64,000 nt of DNA from Macrostomum lignano. Lineage: Eukaryota. Positions within the stretch are counted from its first letter, which is position 1, and each line of letters starts with the position of its first letter. A program made the translations under genes and the position numbers. The DNA lies in contig NIVC01000175.1 of assembly GCA_002269645.1 (NCBI GenBank), positions 62,001-126,000 on the forward strand, written 5' to 3'. Shown one piece after another: positions 47,419-57,233 of this stretch. The notes under the pieces were generated by a model. It did no database searches. It was not told the origin of the DNA and saw only the letters and a program-made list of their open reading frames with translations.

Positions 47419-49184
47419 GTGCATTCAAAAAGTTCTTAGACATCCCTCATATCTCTGCATCTGTTTGACCGATTTTGATGAGAATTTATACAAACATGGG
47501 TCTATATTTTGATGAATTCAGTGCTAGAGTTTCAGCTTGGTCGTATAGACAGAACGAAAGCAATCGATCATTTACTGACGAACCTACGAAATTAGCAATA
47601 CGATTTTGAACAGCATCGGATCTGGACCTCACTCTAAACTGGCCCGGGGGGTTGTGAAATCGCAGCTTGTTTTTAGAGGAATAAAAGCTTTCGGTGAGTA
47701 TTGATTAATCATTACTTTCAAGCTGCGAGGGTTTAGCCATAGACAAAAAAGATAGAACAAAGCAGTAGGCAGCATTAGACTGAGTGCGCAGAATGAACGT
47801 CAGATTGAAATGCTGAGATGCAGAACCAACCTCAGATGGTTTAAGAATGGCTAGTGCATATCGCGATAAAGTTTCGCAGCGCCTGATCGTTTTTGCTTTT
47901 GCGGACGAAGGCATGTCCGTGAACACTATCCACCAGAGATTAGTCAGCCGTTTTGGAGATGATGCCTGCTGTCGAGCAACCGTCGCGAACTGGGTCCGGA
48001 AGAGAAAGGACGGCGAAATGAGCGTGCAGGACAAGCCACGCTCAGGCCGACCAGCTACTGCAGTCAACGACAGCAGTGCCATCCTGATCGAAGAGCTGGT
48101 AAGTGAAAACGGCCACATCACTATTGACGAGTTGGCCAATGCCGCCGGGATTTCGTGTGGCTCGGTCTTCCAAATTCTGCACGAGCATCTTGGTCTGTCA
48201 AAGCTGGTCTCTCGATGGGTGCCAAGACTGCTAACTGCCGAGCAGAAAAATCGCCGATACGAAGTCTGCTTGCAACAAAGGGCGGCAATTTCAGCTCTGG
48301 GAGACGAGTTCAAAAGCAGATTTGTAACTCAAGATGAGTCCATGTTTGCCCTGTACGACCCACTCTCCCGGCGGGAGTCGAGGGCCTGGCTTCCGAGGGG
48401 CGGCGGCGGCGGTGACGTCGAAAGCGCAGGCACCTATCCCAAGAAGATCATGTTAAGTGTTTTTTGGGATGCGAGCGGGCCCCTCATGTTCACGTGGTAC
48501 GGCCAGGGCCAGACACAGAACAGCGAGCGGTTTTGTGACGAGCTCACGAGGCTGAGACAGGAGCTACTGCAACGGCGTCGGATCGTGCGCGAGGGCGTCC
48601 TGCTGCACTGCGACAATGCCCGGCCGCACTCGGCAGCCCTCACTCGCTCTCACATCGACAGCCTCAGATTCCAGCAGTGGCAGCATCCGCCCTACTCGCC
48701 TGATTTGGCACCGTCTGACTATGGTCTTTTTGGACACGTCAAGGCGCAGCTGAGAGGCAAGAGGTTCGCTAGCTTCCCCGAGCTGCAAACGGCTGTTGAG
48801 GGGCTCATCAGAGCGACTCCTAGAGACACGTGGTTAGGATGGATCGAAGAGCTGCCGATGCGGTATGACAAGTGCATTCAACGGAACGGTGATTACTTCG
48901 AAGATTTTCATGATTGGTGATCTGATTTTTGAAGTTTGGGAACTTGCCAACTTGAACCGTTTGCCCCTTTTGCTTGTACGTTTTGTTATGTGCTTAAAAT
49001 CGTATTGCTAATTTCGTAGGTTCGTCAGTAAATGATCGATTGCTTTCGTTCTGTCTATACGACCAAGCTGAAACTCTAGCACTGAATTCATCAAAATATA
49101 GACCCATGTTTGTATAAATTATCATCAAAATCGGTCGAACAGATGCAGAGATATGAGGGGTGTCTAAGAACTTTTTGAATGCAC
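47419..49184 (+). mobile_element. Mariner (DD34D) transposon, complete, with 189-bp TIRs and TA TSD
   Basis: TIRs 47419-47607 and 48996-49184 with about 3 mismatches; TA at 47417-47418 and 49185-49186. Confidence 0.95.
47847..48920 (+). CDS. Mariner transposase, 357 aa, intact
   Basis: HTH region, SGRP, WVPRLL (WVPHEL-like), TQDES, HCDNARPH, YSPDLAPSD; 34 residues between the second and third catalytic Asp. Confidence 0.97.
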   Translation: MASAYRDKVSQRLIVFAFADEGMSVNTIHQRLVSRFGDDACCRATVANWVRKRKDGEMSVQDKPRSGRPATAVNDSSAILIEELVSENGHITIDELANAAGISCGSVFQILHEHLGLSKLVSRWVPRLLTAEQKNRRYEVCLQQRAAISALGDEFKSRFVTQDESMFALYDPLSRRESRAWLPRGGGGGDVESAGTYPKKIMLSVFWDASGPLMFTWYGQGQTQNSERFCDELTRLRQELLQRRRIVREGVLLHCDNARPHSAALTRSHIDSLRFQQWQHPPYSPDLAPSDYGLFGHVKAQLRGKRFASFPELQTAVEGLIRATPRDTWLGWIEELPMRYDKCIQRNGDYFEDFHDW

Positions 49185-50029
49185 TAAGGTACATACATGC
49201 ATGTCCCTGCAGTTCGTGCATAATATACGTTGTAGCTTCGTTTTATATACGACGCACTGTATGTTTTATCTTTTCAAATGCCTATGAATTGCAACTAGCA
49301 CAGATTTGAAAGTTTGTTGAACAGTCAAACTGTAGTGCTATATGGTTGTAACGACTCATAAAAGGCAAACCTATAGATACTGTATGAGATTCGCTCTGCA
49401 CACAGCAAGTTGATGCAACATTCTTCCCTAATCTCTAGGCCTCAGATAAGACATGTTAAATCAGATTTCAACGCCCAAACTTCAAAGCATGGCGTGCCGT
49501 GATTATCCACCTTTGAACTTCGATTTTGAATATTTCGTGACTTAAACACAGTACATTTTGAAATCTTGGACTCAAAGCTTCTTATCTTTTTAAAGTCGTT
49601 GTTGCCGTTGACTATGATTCTTTTTTACAGTTTTAGGTGCTCTATTTTCCAGAAGCACTTGGATTCAGTAGATTTTTTTAGATTTAAAGCAAAGAGCCTA
49701 GTCTAAGGAGCTTTCATTGATTTTGGCTTGTTAAAAAGATGTTGAGAGTTTTGATTTCAACATGAGACGTATGAATTTGCTGTTTATTTTACTCGTAATT
49801 CAGTCCCGTTTGATACCGACTTGAGGAGTTTGGTAACTTCTTTGATGGCAATGCATTCAACCTATTTTTGCCTTACGGTTTGTTTTTTCTACGTTAAATT
49901 CAATTGCTCCAACCATTTCCCATGCTGTACGCTAATTATTCCACACCTTCTAAATCATTTTGCGTACGGCTACTGAAAATACATTCATGAGACAATGTGC
50001 TTGTGTATACGGTTTGGAGGTAGACAGTA

Positions 50030-50360
50030 ATAATGTTTTTAGCACTGGGAACTGAGAAATTTCCATCCTGATGTCGATTCTGTTTCCTGAAAGCGGCTCG
50101 CTCCAATTGATACTGTATAATTGACGACATTTGTCGTACATTCAGGTGACACAGACGGCATAATTCTTGTCTAAGCAGCTGTCATAGATTTGGAAGTCCG
50201 TAGAGGTGATATTGACCGCATTGGCCGAGTGTAGCTAGTCTTCGATGCTTATTCTCGCCTTCATCAAGACGTTAAAGTAGATCTCCGAGGTGTGGTGTCG
50301 TAGATGTACGGCACCGGCTTCTTTATGCTCGGCAGTCCGACGTGCGGTGGCGCTATCGTC
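50030..50360 (-). pseudogene. Decayed fragment of a fifth aminopeptidase N-like copy (N-terminal domain)
   Basis: Plus-strand GTTAAAGTAGATCTCCGAGG...CGTAGATGTACGGCACC and CGGCAGTCCGACGT align to copy 1 (about 23938-24031). Translation MYDKCRQLYSINWSEPLSGNRIDIRMEISQF vs copy 4 MYDEERQWYSIDLSEPLTANSTDVVIGIAQF. Contains stops and indels. Confidence 0.8.
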
Positions 50361-51595
50361 GGTGACTCAACGGGCACGAGATTCATGGGTGAAGACACAG
50401 AAAAATTATCAGGAAGCGAGTGGTTAGCATATTCTGACTGTTGTACTTTGCCTGCAAAACTTCTGCAACTTTGGTAAACACTTCAAATTCTGTGTGTAAA
50501 TTGCTTTGCTGAATAGGCTTCGCTTCACTCACTTCCATCTTTGTCTAATTAAGTTTGTTATATTTTGTGTAGCAACTGCGATCATTACAACTAGTGAGAT
50601 TTTGCAGCTTTGGGTTTTACATTTGATCACAATTTTGCATTACAAAACAGGAGTATTCATATTTTTCATTGATATAATTACCTTTCTGGGTTTTCAGTGA
50701 TTTTTCAGATATACTGCAGTCACCGTACACGAACGCGCGTTACATCAATTGCTTACATTTAGTGCCTGCAGACATGCGTCACTGACCTTTTAAAAGCATG
50801 AGTCACTGCAGGCATGTGTCAAACATAGACTAAGAGTTTATATTCACCATAGACTGAGAACTGAAATCACTAGGAAATTAAGTTTTTTCCACTATTAATT
50901 TGGTTTATTTCACGAATATCGAACTCCAAACGTACTAGTATGCATTCACTAATCCCCTCTCTGTCCACAAGACTGATTTCGAAGGATTGAAGGACAATTC
51001 TCTGTTTCCAAGACCGCTAAAAATTCGCCCACTGGTATTCCGCCGTTCAAATTCAAATTGAATTGAAATCACATAAACGGTTCAACATCTAATAAGAATG
51101 TACGAAAAGTGACAAATGTCACTGTCAAAACTAAACTAAGTGCCTAAAGTTAAGCGAACAAAGCAACGTTACGAATTAAGCGACACATCGAATATTTCCT
51201 ACTGCCACTGGTACATTAAACGCAATTACATAATAAAAACAATGAGACTCCTTTTCCATGGTGCAGAAAATATTGACGCAAATCAATGAAATTATAACAC
51301 TGGCTATAATGACGTAAGCAGGGACCTGCGCTGGAAAGTCACCTGGCGGAATATAATTCTCCTTTAATTAATTCGTGAAGCACTTTCACGCTTGCACGAG
51401 GACCTGTAAAATAAACACAAACAACTTTAGTATATAACTAGAGCGTTATGGACATTCAAACAGTATATTTAGAAAGCAGTAGAAAGAAACCAAGCTCTTT
51501 AAGTGACTGAGAAGCAGACTTTCCAGAGACATTCGCAATAAGTTAAAGTTGCTGCGTCTCAAATCGAAAGTCCGAACCACAGATCGAAGTCCAAA

Positions 51596-54318
51596 ATGCA
51601 CTTTAGAGCAGTAAGAAGCCTTCTAACGGCTATTGTCGTGCTGCTTTTTTTAAAAAGAAGAGCCAGCGCCTACCTAGCTCCTATTACATTTACTGGAAAC
51701 CTGCCGACGCCGACGCCGCTCGTTACGGATGTCCGACTGCCGACTGGAGTAAAGCCGCTGCACTACAATGTCACTCTGGCTCCTTACATCTACGGCACCA
51801 ACGTGTCGGAGTTCTACTTTACCGGCTCCATGCAGGTGAGGCTGAGCATCAACGAATCAACCAGCAACATCAAGCTGCACTCCGATAGGATTCCACTTAC
51901 GGCTGCAGACATTCGGGTTTTTGACAGCAAATCAAACAAGAACTACACCATCACCAGATGTATGTACGACGAAGAGCGTCAATGGTACAGCATCGATTTA
52001 AGCGAGCCGCTTACAGCGAACAGCACTGACGTCGTAATTGGAATTGCCCAGTTCAAAGCTCCTCTTCAATCTGATCTTCGAGGCTTGTACGTGAGCTCGT
52101 ACATCGAGAATGGAACTAAAAAATACCTGGCCACCTCACAGCTGCAGCCGACTGACGCGAGAAAGACGTTTCCATGTTTCGACGAGCCGGCGTTCAAGGC
52201 CACGTTCGACATCAGCATTGTAAGAAAAAAGAGCTTAAAATCCATTAGCAACATGCCATCGAAGCGAGTTACCAAGGTCAGCGCCAGTGATTGGTTCAAA
52301 GAGATGAGCGACTCAAATCAGGTAGAGAAGGAGGACTTTGAGACCACTCCTATCATGTCGACGTACATTCTGGCATTCATTGTGTCTCAGTTCGATTACA
52401 TTGAAGACACGGATGCTCAGATGCGCAAGTACCGCACTTGGATGAGACCTGAACTTCTTAGTCTGTCTGAATTCTCCTTGGTCGCGCAGAAGAATTTCAC
52501 GCAATTTTACGAGGCCTACTTCGGTGTTCCTTTTCCACTAAAGAAGCTGGACCAAGCTGCTGTTCCCGACTTCAACGCAGGTGCCATGGAGAACTGGGGA
52601 CTCATTATCTATCGCGAAAGTCTTTTAGCATTTGACAGCCGAAAAGATAGGAGCTCAGTTTACCAGCGCATCGGAAGTGTTATGAGCCACGAGTTTGCTC
52701 ATATGTGGTTTAGAAATCTTGTAACTCCTGAATGGTGGGACGATCTTTGGCTCAATGAAGGGTTCGCAAGTTTTGTTGAAAACATTGGACTGAACAATCT
52801 TCGCCCTGATTGGAACATGGATTCACAATTTGTCGCGACAAAGCAAATGGCCGCATTAGAAGTCGATTCGATGGGAACCAGCCACCCAATTTACGTCGAA
52901 GTACACAATCCAAATCAAATTAGTGAAATCTTCGACACGATCACGTACAGAAAAGGAGCCACCGTTCTTCGCATGCTTCATGGCTTTGTCGGTGACGAGG
53001 TCTTCCGCAAGGGTGTCGGAAACTACCTGCGTCAGAACAGCTATGGAAACACATTCCACACCGCTCTCTATGACAGTCTGACCCGGCAGTACTCCGAGTC
53101 CACCAACAAGTCTCTCGACGTCGGCTCAGTGATGGATCGCTGGATCAAGCAGATGGGCTACCCCGTGCTCAACTGTTCCGTCTCGACTGCGGCTCGACGT
53201 CTCACACTGACACAGAATCACTTTCTGAGCGACCCCAGTCAGGTTCCGAGCTACCCGAGCGACTACAACTACACGTGGATCATCCCTGTCACCATGGGAA
53301 CCAAGCAGAACCTCACCTCGGGAACTCCTGAGGACGTGTCGGGCTTTGTGAACTGGATGGCCGAGAAGGAGCAGTCCTTCGAATTCAGTCCGCAGGACAG
53401 GGCTCGTCTGCTCGATGACAGCTTCGCTCTGGCCAGTGCCGGCTATCTGGACTACAGCATTCCGCTCAACATGACCAGGTACTTGAAGAGCGAGACGCAC
53501 TATGTTCCGTGGTCGTCTGCTCTGTCAAAGATCGGCTACCTGCACTCAATGCTCCACCGACAGTCTCCCGAGTACGGTCCGCTGAGTGCGTACATGCGAG
53601 ACCTACTCGAGGGAGCCTTCAACGATGTCGACTTGACAACAAGGACACGGACACCCACTTGACTAAGCTGAATCAAGAGATTATTGTATGGTCAGCCTGT
53701 TTGTATAGATTGCCACGTTGCAAAAATGCTGCTAAAGAAAAGTTTAGAGGGTTTGTGGGCTTGAATGACATTGCGTTTATTCATCCTGAGATCAGGCGAA
53801 GAGTTTTTTGTGAAGGAGTTTCAACGCTTTTGCTAAAGGAGTGGGACGATTTTTTCGATTTCACTAAAACCGTGTCTCACCCAGGTACTCAAAATGACAT
53901 GTTCCGTGGTCTCGCTTGCTCAAATGACCCATGGATTCTCAATCGGTACCTTAAATTTGCAATGAACGAAAGCAAAGTGCGCAAGCAGGATATGGCTTAT
54001 GTGTTTGCTAGCGTAGCGGCAAATCCTAAAGGTCTTGAAATTGTTTGGAACTATTTGCGGACCAATTGGAATACAGTGAAAAAGAAATTTCCCGGAGCTT
54101 TCACCACTTCATATTTTATAGAAATTCTTGGCGATTTCAACAGCGAACAGAAGTACGCTGAGTTGGTGGAATTCAAAGAGCGTCACAGAGGCAATTTTGG
54201 GTCGGCTAGCCGCGCAATGGACCAGACGCTGGAGAAAGTGCGCGTCAACATTGACTGGATGAAAACGAAACTGCCCCGCGTAAGAACTTGGCTCATTGAG
54301 AATGGGCAAGCTATATAA
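51596..54318 (+). CDS. M1 aminopeptidase N-like, copy 4, inverted, signal-peptide form; 123-bp in-frame deletion at about 53388 and 1-nt frameshift at about 53632
   Basis: MHFRAVRSLLTAIVVLLFLKRRASA leader, GAMEN, HEFAH-x18-E, ITYRKG. ORF 51596-53662 joins ORF 53509-54318 if one G is restored (GTCGACTTG vs GTCGGACTTG in the other copies). Possible pseudogene. Confidence 0.88.
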
Positions 54319-55036
54319 AGCTGGCTCATGCGGTGTCGCTCTTTTTTATAAATGGATTTATCTTTAATTTTGAATTCTCAATATCGTTTGATTTTAAAAT
54401 GAAGCCTTGTGTTATTACGGAACCCACATGATATTTTATCGCGGCTTTGGCCAATAAATAAATGAACTTCTTATAAATTAGGGTATTCTTCAATTTGCTT
54501 CATTAATTTAATAGCAGCCTGGCCTGTGCAAATGAATATCAATGTAGTGTTTTAATTTTTCAATACAATTTTTTCCTTTTTTATTTTCAACAAAAATTAC
54601 CAGCAGCGTCTAATGAATTAATTATTGCATAGAGCTAAACTTACAATAAATTCGAAGTGTGCTGAAAGGCGTGCTTTTGAGGAAAATAAGTCGTATTGTT
54701 AAGCAAGAGTTCACTCTAATAACAGCAAAGGTACCATGTTTACGAGTATTCCTTAAACCCGTTAGTCAAACGTAGTCAAAATTTACTTTTGACTGAATGA
54801 AACATAAGGTAAAATACGACTGTCTACCAAGTTTATATATTTTTTATTTGTGCGCACGATCTGCGTTGCAATGGCGAAGACATATGCTGCTTAGATTGGC
54901 TGAGAACTAGACTTTTCAAATCAGAGTGTCTTTCGTCTTTTCATTCAAGTTTCACTCGGGTAATGAGGGTTAATACACGGAACCAGTGGGTTTATTATAA
55001 TATCAACCAGCTATGAAAGTCCAATATACTAAAAAT

Positions 55037-55038
<2 letters not shown>

Positions 55039-55095
<57 letters not shown>
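55039..55095. repeat. (GT)n microsatellite
   Basis: Perfect GT run. Confidence 0.97.
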
Positions 55096-55098
<3 letters not shown>

Positions 55099-55487
55099 CA
55101 CGTTTAAAAGCAAACCGTTTGACCAATTTTCTCCATTTTTTGACTAACTTGTAGGAAATTTATCAGAGATGGTATGATTAGTTTTTGGTATGTTTTGATC
55201 AATGTTAAGTACCTGTAAAAGGTGAAAAACAGGTGTTTTACCTATCTAATTAGTGCATTTTTATTGCAGTGAGAGCTCAATATGTCTATGGCCATAGACT
55301 AAACTTCAATTCAAGATCTTGAACTGATGCTACGAGCTATAAATAATTAAATATTCAAAAGTATATGCACAAGGGAGAGAAAAATGCTCAGTGGCTGCTT
55401 GTGTACGAGCGTAATACATTAAGACCCTGGCTGACTGGCGGACTGTATAGACAATTGCTATTTATAGATTTCATTCAACAGGTCTGA

Positions 55488-55765
55488 GGAATGCTTGCTG
55501 TCTTGAGGATGCTTGCTGTCTGAGGGATGCTTGCTGTCTGGGGGATGCTTGCTGTCTGGGGAATGCTTCCTGTCTGGGCGATGCTTGCTGTCTGGGGGAT
55601 GCTTGCTGTCTGGGGGATGCTTGCTGTCTGGGGGATGCTTGCTGTCTGGGGGATGCTTGCTGTCTGGGGGATAGCTTGCTGTCTGGGGAATACTTCCTGT
55701 CTGGGGGATTGCTTGCTGTATGAGGAATGCATGCTGTCTGGGGGATGCTTGCTATCTGGGGGATC
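55488..55765. repeat. 18-bp minisatellite (ATGCTTGCTGTCTGGGGG)n
   Basis: Imperfect tandem units; source of the QQASPR pseudo-ORF. Confidence 0.94.
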
Positions 55766-55835
55766 ACTTGCTACATTACATCATTATTAAAATTATTACA
55801 TTCTTTATTTGCTCCCCAACGGGGGGCGTAACTAA

Positions 55836-56043
55836 ATGTATCCCCCTTTTGCCCCGGGCGAGTGTCTATGTGACGCATGTTTTCATTTATTTCCCTAGGT
55901 GAATAAATCATTTATTTCCCGCTGCCCCGCGGGCTGATAAATTTGTCTGTGGCCTAAATGTGGGGGCTTCGCCCCCACACCCCCAGCGAGCAATCTGCCC
56001 CCTCATCCCCGCTAGCAGCCAACATACCGAACGGGGGATACAT
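55836..56043. mobile_element. MITE-like element with 11-bp terminal inverted repeats
   Basis: ATGTATCCCCC ... GGGGGATACAT; internal perfect hairpin TGTGGGGGC-TTC-GCCCCCACA; no clear TSD. Confidence 0.45.
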
Positions 56044-56046
56044 ATC

Positions 56047-56180
56047 ATATTCCCCACTCATTTAGCTGTCTAGGGCCAAAAGCACTCGGTGTCTCGATCA
56101 TTGACCTCGGCTTCGCCTCGGTCAATAAACGAGACACCTCTTGCCCTTGCCCGCTAGACAACAAAATAAATGGGGAATAT
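56047..56180. mobile_element. 134-bp interrupted palindrome, probable non-autonomous DNA element
   Basis: Symmetric arms ATATTCCCCA/TGGGGAATAT, TGTCTAG/CTAGACA, GGTGTCTCG/CGAGACACC, ATTGACC/GGTCAAT around a central CTTCG (56111-56115). Confidence 0.6.
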
Positions 56181-57233
56181 ATACCATGTATACTGTAGCT
56201 AATTATAGATGCAAACGATATTCGGTATTTTTTATCGAAATAAATACAATTCAGCGAACGACGCGGAGGAAAGTAGGCGAAGGTGAGGCAAGGGCGAGGG
56301 ATACAAATGATGGCAGAACAGCCAAACTCATAGGATAAACCAAACTCAATACGACAGTGATTAAAAACAGAGATTAAAAAATGACGAACAAAATCAAAGG
56401 GAGAACAAAAATTAAGCGTTCTAGAGCAAGACAAGTCAGCCGGGCAGAGCAGCAGCCCGCGCAGCATATAAACACCACCAAAAGACTGGGTTTGGGCGGC
56501 TCTTCACATAAACAAGAGCCGCCCAAACCCATAGCGACATGGTGTGCACAAAAGGTGCAGTACGTGATTACCAAAATAATAGCATTGCTTTTAGCCTGCC
56601 TTTGATTTTGACGCAGCAGTCAAATGTTTTGACATCTAAAATATTTAAATCTAAAAAATCAAGCATTTGTGATTGTATTACTGCTGTAAATTTGCGTACA
56701 GATAAGGGAGGAGCTATAGAGAACTGATCAACGCGTGGGTCGGAAATACTCGTTGGTGAAAAAGGAGCAATGAAGAAAATCAATTGCTCAAAATTGGCAT
56801 ACCAGACAGGTACGAAGTAGTTAAGATCAGGGTAAGACTTGACAAAGAGTTATTTTTTCCTAACTATATTTCTATTTCTCTATATTCTTATGGTTCCCTA
56901 TACTTATCAATTTATAATATACTCGTATAATGTCTGTATTGTCTATACATTATCTATATTTCTAACTGTTGTATGCTGCAAGCAAAAGTAAAGGATGCTA
57001 TAATACATCGATTAAAACCAATCTATTAGCTGGAATCACAGTTTAGTTGTTATAGGTTGCTATCGATTGAGAAGGTCAATGAAAACATCAATTTATCTGT
57101 TAGCTATTTCTTGTTAGAAAGTTCGCTACGAAAACAAATTTCACCAAAACCTACATCTAAGCTAATCGTACTTTAAAAAAAATGATTTTCATTTTTAAAA
57201 GAAAACAGTACCGTTACACGAATAAGTTTAGAT

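Noticed and set aside
55471-55790. QQASPR / QTASIP repeat proteins
   Set aside because: 18-bp minisatellite open in several frames, with no splice or start support.
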